DNA of 64,000 bases from a virus (IMGVR_UViG_3300011242_000001:50439-114438); one strand, 5' to 3'. Positions 28,631-38,040 are shown, counted from the stretch's first letter. Program-made: numbers and translations. Notes: generated by a model from the sequence alone, not told the origin.

Positions 28631-28829
28631 TCATAGAATTATTAGATTTTTAAAAGTATATTCTATTTTTAATGGTGGTATATATGATGAGTCGACAAAA
28701 AATTTGTCGGACCATTATGAAATATATATAGATATATATCCAGAAGAATCTAATAATCCTAAACAAGAATTCGATCAAATGAAAGAATTTATATTAGCAA
28801 AAAAATGGAACACATATGCGAAACGTTAA
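28617..28829 (+). CDS. small hypothetical protein
   Basis: 70-aa ORF overlapping both neighbours. Confidence 0.3.
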   Translation: MKMNNHRIIRFLKVYSIFNGGIYDESTKNLSDHYEIYIDIYPEESNNPKQEFDQMKEFILAKKWNTYAKR

Positions 28830-29343
28830 ACAATTAATTACTAGTATTGAATCTGGTAATGATCACGAATATATTTATTTTTGGGGACACCAAGGTAGTA
28901 AAAAAGGTTGTTTAAGCCAATGGTTTGAATCAAGTTTTGTTATTAATGGTGTAACATATAAAACAGCTGAACATTGGATGATGGCTCAAAAAGCCAGACT
29001 ATTCGGCGATGCCACATTAGCAAATCAAATTGTACAATGCAGACACCCGCGTGATGCAAAACAATTAGGGCGGGCCGTTAGAAAATTCAATAATGATATT
29101 TGGAATAAACATAAATTTGCATATGTTGTCGATGGTAATATCGCTAAATTTCAGCAAAATCCTTCACTAAAGAAATTTTTATTATCTACTGGTAATAAAG
29201 TGATTGTAGAGTCATCTCCTGTTGATTCTATTTGGGGTGTTGGTTTGCATATGACAAATCCTGATATTAATAATCCTACTAAATGGAAAGGCGAAAATTT
29301 ATTAGGATTTGCTTTGATGGAAGTTCGGGAACAATTAAAATGA
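28816..29343 (+). CDS. NADAR (YbiA-like, DUF1768) domain protein
   Basis: FWGHQ...SQWF...TAEHWMMAQKARLFGD...LGRAVRKF...SPVDSIWGVG...GENLLGFALMEVR matches the YbiA/NADAR pattern along its length. Confidence 0.65.
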   Translation: MRNVKQLITSIESGNDHEYIYFWGHQGSKKGCLSQWFESSFVINGVTYKTAEHWMMAQKARLFGDATLANQIVQCRHPRDAKQLGRAVRKFNNDIWNKHKFAYVVDGNIAKFQQNPSLKKFLLSTGNKVIVESSPVDSIWGVGLHMTNPDINNPTKWKGENLLGFALMEVREQLK

Positions 29344-29750
29344 GTAATCGTGAACATTATCAAATAGAAGCAAATGAATATTTTAATAAGCCCTTTAATA
29401 TAGATGACTTTATTGAAAAACTTTGCTCATACGATGATAAATGGGCGTGGGTAATTTTTGTAGGTAATTTCACGCGTTATGTTGATTCCAGAAGTTTTTG
29501 GGAGTTCATGTTCCTGGGTGAAGAGCCTAGCGACAATCATAAGCAAAATACCAAAATTGATATTATCAAAGAATTTATGATTAAAATCATGAATCAAGAT
29601 AATATCTACCTATTACAATTTGTAATTACAGGTCTTGCCCCTATACGATATTATGTTCGTGAAGAATATAAACAAATGCAATTGGATTTTAATAAAATAG
29701 TCAATAAAAACTGTTTTACTAATATACATTTATATACAAGAGTTAATTAA
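29340..29750 (+). CDS. hypothetical protein
   Basis: ATGA overlap with NADAR; 136 aa from this start. Confidence 0.4.
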   Translation: MSNREHYQIEANEYFNKPFNIDDFIEKLCSYDDKWAWVIFVGNFTRYVDSRSFWEFMFLGEEPSDNHKQNTKIDIIKEFMIKIMNQDNIYLLQFVITGLAPIRYYVREEYKQMQLDFNKIVNKNCFTNIHLYTRVN

Positions 29751-29879
29751 ATTAGAATTAGATAATATTAAATCTAAACTAACTCAAATAATACCGCATT
29801 AATAAAATTTAAAAATGTATATACATTTTTAAATTATTGTATTATAATTTCTTTATTATATGTACAAAGAGATTATACT

Positions 29880-30116
29880 ATGACTCGTCAAGAATTTTAT
29901 GAAAAATATAAAGATGTTGAATTTACCTTAAACGGATATAACAAATATGTTTTTACGTTTGTTGGTGATTACAATGGCCAAACGGTTTATGTTGGTGTTG
30001 GCGGTAATTCAGATTCAATTTACCGCCAGGAATTTGCAGTTGATTGTAAAGAATCAATTGAAAGTTTAGAGCCTTTTGAAGGTCAATGCGGCGACGATTC
30101 ATTCTACGATTATTAA
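29880..30116 (+). CDS. small hypothetical protein
   Basis: 78-aa ORF. Confidence 0.4.
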   Translation: MTRQEFYEKYKDVEFTLNGYNKYVFTFVGDYNGQTVYVGVGGNSDSIYRQEFAVDCKESIESLEPFEGQCGDDSFYDY

Positions 30117-30126
30117 GGATTTTATA

Positions 30127-30417
30127 ATGTATATTTTTCGATATAGTTATGAAGGTGCCTGGAATAATACATGCATTAAATATGCGGATGAATTGACCAC
30201 TGAAAATGTTAAAAAGTTTTTATTAAGTCTTCCACCATTTAAAGAAAATTGGACTACTGAATATGAAACTAAATTTATGGATCAAATTGATATATATCAA
30301 GTTGATGAAAATTTTGTTATAAGCTCATACGATGAGGATGGCGATTTATTTTTAAAAATTGAAGATGAAAATTGCGATAATCATTGGTGTTTTGTTAAAA
30401 AAATAGAGCCCGTATAA
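30127..30417 (+). CDS. hypothetical protein
   Basis: AAGGA RBS before ATG; the track ORF from 30076 uses a TTG. Confidence 0.4.
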   Translation: MYIFRYSYEGAWNNTCIKYADELTTENVKKFLLSLPPFKENWTTEYETKFMDQIDIYQVDENFVISSYDEDGDLFLKIEDENCDNHWCFVKKIEPV

Positions 30418-30428
30418 GGAAAAACCCT

Positions 30429-31031
30429 ATGTTCGATTTATTTTTACACCATCAAAACATGCCATTTAGTATTGCAATTGCAGTCGCATTATTAATTGGT
30501 CTTGTTGAAATCATTAGTCTATTATTAGGCGGATTAGTTAGTATTGATAGTATTATCCCTGAAAAAGATATTGGGGTTGATGCAGATATTAATGGATTTT
30601 CAGTTGTCGATTATCTTTGTATCGGTAAAATACCATTATTAATGTGGTTAGTTGTATTTCTATTGTCATTTGGTATTATTGGTATTATTTTCCAATCAAT
30701 ATTTGCATTAAATTCAACAGTTGCTGCTATTATTGTATTATTCATCTCTGCATTCCCTGTTCGATATATATCGTTATTGTTGCAAAAAATTGTTCCTAAA
30801 GATGAAACAACTGCAATATATGATATTGATTTTATTGGATATAAAGCGGAAATTATCCTTGGTACTGCACGTCGTAATTATCCAGCCCAAGCTAAGTTTA
30901 AAGATGTTCACAATCAAACACATTATGTAATGGTTGAACCTTTATCAGATACAGATGAATTTGTTACTGGTGATACTGTTGTCTTATATGAGAAAAAAGG
31001 CACAATTTTTCTTGTATCGGATTATAAATAA
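30429..31031 (+). CDS. NfeD/YqiJ-like membrane protein (TM helices plus C-terminal OB-fold)
   Basis: Three to four hydrophobic helices followed by a beta-rich C-terminus; located immediately upstream of a flotillin gene, as in the bacterial yqiJ-yqiK / nfeD-floT pairs; AAGGA RBS. Confidence 0.5.
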   Translation: MFDLFLHHQNMPFSIAIAVALLIGLVEIISLLLGGLVSIDSIIPEKDIGVDADINGFSVVDYLCIGKIPLLMWLVVFLLSFGIIGIIFQSIFALNSTVAAIIVLFISAFPVRYISLLLQKIVPKDETTAIYDIDFIGYKAEIILGTARRNYPAQAKFKDVHNQTHYVMVEPLSDTDEFVTGDTVVLYEKKGTIFLVSDYK

Positions 31032-31121
31032 ACTTTTTTAAAAATATATGTGTACATATATGTTAAATTATATTATAAATGTACACACAATTTAACGTAA
31101 CTTACAAACAAGGTTAATATT

Positions 31122-32903
31122 ATGCCAAATCTTATGAACATTTTAATTATTGCGGGAATTATCGTCGCTGGTATTATTATCATGGGTGTCATTATCGCCC
31201 GACTATATAAGCGCTCAACAAAAGAAGTTTCTTTCGTTCGTACCGGTTGGGGCGGAGAAAAAGTAATTCTAAATGGTGGTGCAGTCGTTCTACCAGTATT
31301 GCATGAAATTATCAATGTAAATATGAATACACTTCGTCTTGAAGTATCACGTATTAATGAACAATCATTAATTACTAAAGATCGTATGCGTGTTGATGTT
31401 CAAGCTGAATTCTACGTTCGTGTTAAACCAACTGCTGAATCTATTGCTGCAGCTGCACAAACATTAGGTCGTAAAACAATGTCTCCACAAGAATTGAAAA
31501 ATCTTGTAGAAGGTAAATTTGTTGATGCTCTTCGCTCTGTAGCAGCTGAAATGGATATGGAAGAATTGCATGAAAAACGTACCGACTTTGTTCAAAAAGT
31601 ACAGCAAGCTGTTACTGAAGACTTAACTAAAAACGGTCTTGAACTTGAAACTGTATCTCTTACTGGTCTTGACCAAACTGATGTACGTCATTTCAATCCT
31701 CAAAACGCATTTGATGCTGAAGGTCTTACTAAACTTACTGAAACAATTGAAGATCGTCGTAAAAAACGTAATGAAATTGAACAGAATACTGATCTTGCGG
31801 TTAAAACCAAAAATCTTGAAACTGAACAAGCTCGTCTGCAAATTATTCGTGAAGAAGAATATGCTAAGATGGAACAACAACGCGAACTATCTAATCGTCG
31901 TGCTGCTCAACAAGCTGAAATTGCAATGCAAGAAGCTGAAAAGCAACGTGAATCTGAAGAAGCTCGTATTGCTGCACAGCGTGAAGTTGAATTAAAACAA
32001 ATTGCTGCTCAACGTGATATTGATAATGAAAATATCTTAAAAGAGCAACAAATTCAAAAAGCGAAAGTTGAACAAAAGAAAACTATTGAAATTGCTGAAC
32101 AAGATAAAGCCATTGCGATCGCTCAAAAATCACAAGCTGAATCTGAAGCAAAAGCAAAAGCTGACTTGGCACGTGCCGAAGCAGTAAAAGCTGAAGAAGA
32201 AGTAATCACAGTTCGCCAAATCCAACAAGCAGAACGTCAAAAATCTGTAGAATTGGTACAAGCCAAAGAAAAAGCTGAAAAAGAAGCGATTGCAATTACT
32301 GTTGCGGCTGAAGCAGATAAAAAAGCTGCTACTGACCGTGCTGAAGCTACTCAAATTGCATCATCTGCACAAGCTGAATCGATTCGTATTGCTGCTAAAG
32401 CAAATGCTGATAAAGAAGCGATTGCAATCACTGTAGTTGCAACTGCAGAAAAAAATGCAGCTCAAGCTCGTGCTGATGCTCGATTACTTGAATCTAAAGC
32501 TCAATCTGAATCTGAAATTCTTCTTGCTGATGCGGCAGAACGTAAATATGCAGTTGATGCAGCTGGTAAACGCGAATTGAACGAAGCGGATAACTTACTA
32601 TCTGCAGAACAAATCGCAATGAAAATTAAGCTTGAACTTATCAAAGCTCTTCCAGAAATTATCGCTCAAAGCGTTAAGCCAATGGAAAACATTGAAGGTA
32701 TCAAAATTCTACAAGTTAATGGTCTAACTGGTGGCCAATCTGGTGGTGATACTGTTGAAGGTGAATCTACTAACTTGGCAGATCAAATGACTAACTCAGC
32801 ACTTCGATACCGTGCGCAAGCTCCATTAGTTGATTCACTAATGACTGAACTTGGTATCAAAGGTGGTGACATCAACGGTTTTACTAAAGGTCTAAATGAC
32901 TAA
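31122..32903 (+). CDS. flotillin-like SPFH/band-7 protein (YqiK/FloT family)
   Basis: N-terminal TM helix; SPFH core (EVSFVRTGWGGEKVILNGGAVVLPVLHEI...RVDVQAEFYVRV); about 300 aa of Ala/Glu/Lys-rich coiled coil (AEAKAKAD, EKAEKEAIAIT repeats); 593 aa. Confidence 0.7.
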   Translation: MPNLMNILIIAGIIVAGIIIMGVIIARLYKRSTKEVSFVRTGWGGEKVILNGGAVVLPVLHEIINVNMNTLRLEVSRINEQSLITKDRMRVDVQAEFYVRVKPTAESIAAAAQTLGRKTMSPQELKNLVEGKFVDALRSVAAEMDMEELHEKRTDFVQKVQQAVTEDLTKNGLELETVSLTGLDQTDVRHFNPQNAFDAEGLTKLTETIEDRRKKRNEIEQNTDLAVKTKNLETEQARLQIIREEEYAKMEQQRELSNRRAAQQAEIAMQEAEKQRESEEARIAAQREVELKQIAAQRDIDNENILKEQQIQKAKVEQKKTIEIAEQDKAIAIAQKSQAESEAKAKADLARAEAVKAEEEVITVRQIQQAERQKSVELVQAKEKAEKEAIAITVAAEADKKAATDRAEATQIASSAQAESIRIAAKANADKEAIAITVVATAEKNAAQARADARLLESKAQSESEILLADAAERKYAVDAAGKRELNEADNLLSAEQIAMKIKLELIKALPEIIAQSVKPMENIEGIKILQVNGLTGGQSGGDTVEGESTNLADQMTNSALRYRAQAPLVDSLMTELGIKGGDINGFTKGLND

Positions 32904-32914
32904 TAAAGCAAAAT

Positions 32915-32946
32915 AAAAAAAAGGACCGCAAGGTCCTTTTTTTATG
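32915..32946. terminator. bidirectional rho-independent terminator (GGACC-gcaa-GGTCC)
   Basis: Hairpin flanked by an A8 run and a T9 run between convergent genes. Confidence 0.6.
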
Positions 32947-33415
32947 CTTTTTTAATAGATTTAACTATATTATATTCGGATTTAGTCGCTAATAATACAG
33001 TTTGCGGTGTTAAATGACCATTTGAATTTTTATAACTTAAAGATATTGTTCTACTATATCCGTATGTATCAGATGATTTTCCTTCTTGATGAGCAATCAA
33101 TGCGAAAGTATGAGCTCCTTTCTTATTTTCATTTGAGTCAACTAATTCATATCCTTTTTTAAGTAATTCAGCCGGCTTAGCCGATTTTAATACAGAAGAC
33201 TCTTCAATTGAATCTAAGAAATCACTATAATTATCCCATTTTGCATCAGATTTATTTTGTACTTTACTTTGTACTATATAATTAAAACCTTCTACTACGG
33301 CTTTAACTATTGTACCGTCATCTAATTCAATAGTTAATAGATCACCTTTATTGTAATTTGTAAATTTTACACTTTTATCATTCGATGATTCATTTAAAAA
33401 TTGTTCAAAATTCAT
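32942..33415 (-). CDS. putative capsid-targeted internal protein (CTS family), 157 aa
   Basis: N-terminus MNFEQFLNESS matches the window-wide MxFxxFLNE motif, which is analogous to the T4 CTS MKTYQEFIAE. Confidence 0.5.
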   Translation of the reverse strand: MNFEQFLNESSNDKSVKFTNYNKGDLLTIELDDGTIVKAVVEGFNYIVQSKVQNKSDAKWDNYSDFLDSIEESSVLKSAKPAELLKKGYELVDSNENKKGAHTFALIAHQEGKSSDTYGYSRTISLSYKNSNGHLTPQTVLLATKSEYNIVKSIKKA

Positions 33416-33486
33416 TTTTTATTGCTCAATAATATTTATATATATATATTTATATAATAAAATAACTTTTAATTAAGATTTAAAAA

Positions 33487-33510
33487 GGATGCAATATGCA
33501 TCCTTTTTTT
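33487..33510 (-). terminator. rho-independent terminator (GGATGCA-tat-TGCATCC)
   Basis: Hairpin with flanking A/T runs after the minus-strand gene 33512..33763. Confidence 0.5.
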
Positions 33511-33511
33511 A

Positions 33512-33763
33512 TTACTTATCGCTAAAGTGTTCAGCGATATATGATTTTAAATCTTCATTATCATCACATATATAAGTATCAAGATGTTTTTCACCTTTAA
33601 AGAGAATACATTCATATTCTCCTTTGTCAAATTCAGTAATATATAAAGAATGTGTGGAATTAGTAATTAAAGTTGCTTTACCAGTATGTACTTTTGCGGT
33701 GCTAGGTACTGCAGATTTAATAGCCGAAGTTGTAATTTCATTTAGGAAGTTAGTGAAGCTCAT
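33512..33763 (-). CDS. putative capsid-targeted internal protein (CTS family), 83 aa
   Basis: N-terminus MSFTNFLNEITT. Confidence 0.5.
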   Translation of the reverse strand: MSFTNFLNEITTSAIKSAVPSTAKVHTGKATLITNSTHSLYITEFDKGEYECILFKGEKHLDTYICDDNEDLKSYIAEHFSDK

Positions 33764-33856
33764 TTTTTATCTCTTTATTTACGTTATTATATTATTTTAT
33801 TTAATAGAGTTTTTTTTATTAAATAATAAAAAACCCCATACCAAAGGTATTAACAA

Positions 33857-34588
33857 ATGAATTTTGAACAATTTTTAAATGAAGCATCACCCGCGCGTGA
33901 ACGTACTGCTCGACTCACTTTTTCTAAAAAAGTAGCTGACGGGCTTGATAAAGCAGCGGGCGACCCAGAAAAAGAACGTCGCTTCGGTAAAGCTATTTTT
34001 AAAGAAATGTATAAAAAATATGGCGTCGGCTATGATCATTTATTAGATTCACTTGAAGGATCAACAGCTGAAAAATTAGAACAAGCAAATGCATGGGCTG
34101 CTTTAGAAGGTGTTCGCGATTTTTATGCTGAAAAAGGTGATACAAAAACAGCAGAATCTTATCAACGTACAATTGATAAAATGGATCGTGAAACTACTAC
34201 TAAAACCGGATCGGCTGCTTTAATTAAAAATATTATTGCGGCAATTAAACCAGGCGGTAAGTTTAACGAATTTGCCGAATATGATACTAACAAATTTGAT
34301 ATTGTTTTCCCAAAACATAGTCCAAAAACCACTGAAGTTAAAGAATCTGTTAGTAAAGCAACAGCGAACTTATATTTTCAGCATAAAACTACTACATATA
34401 AAAAAGTAAGTACAATATCATATATGGCGAATATTATTATTGCTTATAATGGACCTCGTGCTGGTGAAATTATGCATATCATTTATAATGATAACGGCGT
34501 CACAAAAATTAAAACATTCGGTACGGAAAATTTATTAGATGACGCTTTAAAAGGTACATTTAATAATAAAACGATTACAAAAGTTTAA
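33857..34588 (+). CDS. putative capsid-targeted internal protein (CTS family), 243 aa
   Basis: N-terminus MNFEQFLNEASP. Confidence 0.5.
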   Translation: MNFEQFLNEASPARERTARLTFSKKVADGLDKAAGDPEKERRFGKAIFKEMYKKYGVGYDHLLDSLEGSTAEKLEQANAWAALEGVRDFYAEKGDTKTAESYQRTIDKMDRETTTKTGSAALIKNIIAAIKPGGKFNEFAEYDTNKFDIVFPKHSPKTTEVKESVSKATANLYFQHKTTTYKKVSTISYMANIIIAYNGPRAGEIMHIIYNDNGVTKIKTFGTENLLDDALKGTFNNKTITKV

Positions 34589-34601
34589 AAAGTTTAAAAA
34601 A

Positions 34602-34622
34602 GGACCATTTGGTCCTTTTTAT
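34602..34622 (+). terminator. rho-independent terminator
   Basis: GGACC-attt-GGTCC plus TTTTT. Confidence 0.6.
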
Positions 34623-34718
34623 TTTACTGGTGAAAATCAGTTATTTTATAAAAATGTATATACAAATTTAATTTTATATATTATAATGATATCATATTCA
34701 ATCATAATGGTGATTAAA

Positions 34719-35027
34719 ATGAGATTAGTTCGTGAAGCTGCTGGTAAAGAATATAAAGGTAAACGTCATGCATTTCGTATCATTGGCGCTGCTGAAGATA
34801 AAGCTCGCATTGAGCATATTGAAGATCTACTTGGCCAATGTCTAACTGGTAATATGATGTTCTCTGAATACCACCAAAAAATGGTACCTGAAACTTATTA
34901 TCATCGTTACAGTGATTGGTGTGCCGGATGTGAATATTCTGGTGCTGGATGCGGTTGGTATGTTGATATCGAAGATATTGAAGAATTCAAAGCAAATTGG
35001 AATGATATTAAAAAGCGTATACAATGA
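34719..35027 (+). CDS. hypothetical Cys-containing protein
   Basis: ATG MRLVREAAGKEY; contains CAGCEYSGAGCGW. Confidence 0.4.
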   Translation: MRLVREAAGKEYKGKRHAFRIIGAAEDKARIEHIEDLLGQCLTGNMMFSEYHQKMVPETYYHRYSDWCAGCEYSGAGCGWYVDIEDIEEFKANWNDIKKRIQ

Positions 35028-35464
35028 AACTATTAGAAACTCATATGCATCATCAATATCCGGCACATTTTAAAGAATTGTGCCGTGAGCTTAATACTAA
35101 TACTATTAGTGATATTAATTCGCAATCAAATATATATTATGGTGATACCAATTTTTTACAAGAATTTGGTATCTATAAAAATCCTAAAGCATATGATACA
35201 ATAATTAGTCGTATCATTGGAAATATACCGCCTCATGTAGATAATTTAGAGGATTATTCAAAGAACGCATATCTTCTTGTATTAGATGTTAGTATAGGTA
35301 ATCAATATGTTGATTCTCAAAGTTTACCAATGTTATATCAAAATAAAGAATTTTTAGGCTTACGTAAAGGTGATCTAGTAGAATTTAATCAAAGAGCAAC
35401 ACATGCTTTATTTTGGGATCGGCGCATTGATATCGCCGTATTTTGGAAAAAAATTTATTATTAA
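35024..35464 (+). CDS. hypothetical protein (possible HxD...H double-stranded beta-helix oxygenase-like)
   Basis: PPHVDN then ATHALF about 40 aa later; speculative. Confidence 0.4.
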   Translation: MKLLETHMHHQYPAHFKELCRELNTNTISDINSQSNIYYGDTNFLQEFGIYKNPKAYDTIISRIIGNIPPHVDNLEDYSKNAYLLVLDVSIGNQYVDSQSLPMLYQNKEFLGLRKGDLVEFNQRATHALFWDRRIDIAVFWKKIYY

Positions 35465-35477
35465 GTGAGTATATGAT

Positions 35478-35921
35478 ATGGATCCAAAAAAAGTTGAAGA
35501 ATATTATGAAAAAATTCAAGAAGTAATTGAAAAATGTGGTTATGCAATCCAGGGCGTATTTGGCGACGGAAAACCTGTTTGCTATACAATTGGATTAACC
35601 CCATTACTTGGTGCTGAAATTCTTACCACTGCCCCAATATCATTAGATACATTATATCAAATGTTACGTACTAATATTGATGGCTTTATTAAAAATAATC
35701 AATCAATTCCTGATGATGTATTTTCAGGTGGCTATTTAAAAAATGGCGATGAATTGCGATGTAAATTGGTAGATGTATCTACAAATAAAGATGTACTAAA
35801 CTTTATAACTGTTCGTACTTGTAATGTAGATAAAGTTTATCAATTATATTTTGGCGATATTAATAATATTCTGCCAGGTGAAGACGGTTATGATAATAAC
35901 TTCGATCAAGAACTAAAATAA
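35478..35921 (+). CDS. hypothetical protein
   Basis: 147-aa ORF followed by a terminator. Confidence 0.45.
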   Translation: MDPKKVEEYYEKIQEVIEKCGYAIQGVFGDGKPVCYTIGLTPLLGAEILTTAPISLDTLYQMLRTNIDGFIKNNQSIPDDVFSGGYLKNGDELRCKLVDVSTNKDVLNFITVRTCNVDKVYQLYFGDINNILPGEDGYDNNFDQELK

Positions 35922-35925
35922 AAAG

Positions 35926-35948
35926 AGGCTAAAGCCTCTTTTTAAAAA
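35926..35948 (+). terminator. rho-independent terminator
   Basis: GAGGCTAAAGCCTC hairpin plus TTTTT. Confidence 0.6.
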
Positions 35949-35994
35949 CATTTTTTTCATCTGTATGAATATGATCTTCAATAATAGATATATT

Positions 35995-36411
35995 TTATGC
36001 GTCTTTTTCTTCGGTTGGTTTTAAATCTTCAATCAATTCACCAAGGTAACCATATAATTCATCTTTACCAAATTTCTTCTCTAATTCAGTAATGAACGCT
36101 TCAATATCTTTACCACCACCAGTAATAGGAGCGCCTTCATCGTCATTCACATCAACATCGCCATCTTGTGAAATACCAGCTTCTACTGTTACTGTACCCG
36201 TTTTGCCATCTTCAGTTGTAACTTCAAATTTAACTTTAGCTAAGTGGACTAATTCATCACCACCAAACTCATCATATGCTTCATCAGCATCGCCGTCAAA
36301 TCCACCAACTAAGCCATAACGAATAAATACATAGCTTTTAGCATATTTAAAAGCATTATCAAAAGCAGCGGTTGCACCTTTTGCTTCATTTAAAAAATCT
36401 GCAAATTTCAT
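35995..36411 (-). CDS. putative capsid-targeted internal protein (CTS family), Gly/Asp-rich, 138 aa
   Basis: N-terminus MKFADFLNEAKG. Confidence 0.5.
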   Translation of the reverse strand: MKFADFLNEAKGATAAFDNAFKYAKSYVFIRYGLVGGFDGDADEAYDEFGGDELVHLAKVKFEVTTEDGKTGTVTVEAGISQDGDVDVNDDEGAPITGGGKDIEAFITELEKKFGKDELYGYLGELIEDLKPTEEKDA

Positions 36412-36597
36412 TTTTATTAATCCTAATAATTTTAATAATATTATTTAATAAAAATAATGTACATTTATTTACAGCTATGTTATAAATACAACATGATAAA
36501 AGTCTTATGTAGTAATGCATACAGCCTGTCTTTATTATATCCGGACGCGAAAAATAGGATATAAGATGTGAATTGATAACATTCATGCAATCGAAAT

Positions 36598-37298
36598 TAA
36601 TAAAGTCTGGGCAACGACGACCCCTGTCGACCTAGGACGGTGATCCCACGAAAGTGGTTTACGGTAATCAACCACCTGAAGATGAAGAATCTAATATTAT
36701 TCCATATGAATATAAAATATTAGATTCAGTTATTATAAAGAATGATTGCACAGTTTTTATAATAACCGCCATACCAACAGTAATCTTCATATGATCGTCA
36801 TAGATCATAACTTATATAAGAATGATAAGATAAGCATTTAATTGGTTTATCTGAACTGTCTATATTATTTGGTGTCTAAGAGGCCGTAATAAGCTCTTAG
36901 AGGATATACATTCTACGGCAAAGAATGTGCTGAAAAGCAAGGCAAACTTAAAAGCAAGTCCATCTACAGGATTATGCGAGCATTGTTGGGCTCAACGTGG
37001 TTCTAATTAAATGAATGTGTAGATAATAGTTCATTTAAAGTAATTATCTTTTTATAAATTAAAATTTATAAATTGAATAAAGATAATATGCAATCTCATC
37101 ACTATTTGTCTTCGACAAAATGACACGACTTTCAGTCGGTCAAACTCCATATGAATTTATAGTTTATTAATTGATAATCATTTCTTTTAATATATTTTAA
37201 ATTAATTATATATAATCATTCTTTTTCTATTTTTAAATTCTAATTTTATAAAAAATATATTTTACTAGAATCACGGATATAAAGGGGTGAGTCATATC
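36598..37298 (-). ncRNA. ORF-free conserved structured element B (inverted homolog of element A at 7433-8045)
   Basis: The reverse complement aligns block by block with 7433-8045, including the conserved hairpin ACATTCT-ttgccgt-AGAATGT and a covarying CTAAGAG/CTCTTAG stem; no ORF over 60 aa; the 5' end (element orientation) abuts the divergent gene 37391. Confidence 0.45.
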
Positions 37299-37328
37299 TA
37301 AAAGAAAGTAAAAAAGAATATAAGAATA

Positions 37329-37356
37329 AATGTATATACAAATATAATAAAATATA
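37329..37356 (+). promoter_or_regulatory. promoter-like palindromic motif TGTATATACAAATATAAT upstream of 37391
   Basis: The same core recurs at about 4161, 20683, 27029, 29811, 34651, 38571, 48103 and 61097. Confidence 0.3.
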
Positions 37357-37390
37357 GTATTATTGCCTTTATTTTTTAAAGGATTTAGTT

Positions 37391-37954
37391 ATGCGTTATC
37401 TTGCAGCTTTTTTATCAATGCCTAATGCTGGTTCGTGGAATGGACGTTGGAGTGGTGAATCTAGACCATATGTATCATTAATTCGCGTATCAGAAGTTAA
37501 TAAAGCAAAAATGGAACGTCAATTATCAATCATTGGATCATATTACTATGATTTTGGTGATGGATGGGGTGCAAGCGTAAATATTAAAGAAGTAACCGAA
37601 AGTGAATATAAGCACTATAAAAAGATTACCGCTGGTTTTTCTGGTTATGACTGGATGGTTTCATCAATTATCAAGTATAAGCGTATCGTGAATTCAACGG
37701 AAAAGACCTTTTTAGATTTTAAAGAACTTGCAGAAAAACATTTAAACCATGTTGAATTAACTGATCATAACTGTTATGAAGAATTACGGTTTGATAATGG
37801 TCGTAATAAATTTAGCTTGCGCTTATATAATCAATATAATGATCATGCAAATGAACATATGTACTTATATGTAGATGGTCGTGAATATTGCAAAGTAACA
37901 AGTGCATCATTAAGCTTAATGGAAAGTCTTAAACATATGGCAGATGCGGCTTAA
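37391..37954 (+). CDS. hypothetical protein
   Basis: 187-aa ORF. Confidence 0.45.
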   Translation: MRYLAAFLSMPNAGSWNGRWSGESRPYVSLIRVSEVNKAKMERQLSIIGSYYYDFGDGWGASVNIKEVTESEYKHYKKITAGFSGYDWMVSSIIKYKRIVNSTEKTFLDFKELAEKHLNHVELTDHNCYEELRFDNGRNKFSLRLYNQYNDHANEHMYLYVDGREYCKVTSASLSLMESLKHMADAA

Positions 37955-38040
37955 TCAGTCGCATTTGATCCTAATTGATAAACATAGACAAACATATATG
38001 TTTTATTTAAAACTCCATATAGAGCGAATGGGAAGATCTA

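Noticed and set aside
31623-32354. Several 74-118-aa ORFs (31623..31880-, 31639..31995+, 32130..32354-) inside the flotillin gene
   Set aside because: Alternative frames of the repetitive coiled-coil-encoding region (GAA/GCT/AAA-rich); low-complexity translations.
36590-37300. Possible tRNA genes or a group I intron in the long non-coding gaps
   Set aside because: No cloverleaf-compatible segment with a GTTCRANYC T-loop could be traced by eye, and the P/Q/R/S core motifs of group I introns were not found; tRNAscan/Infernal would be needed to be sure.
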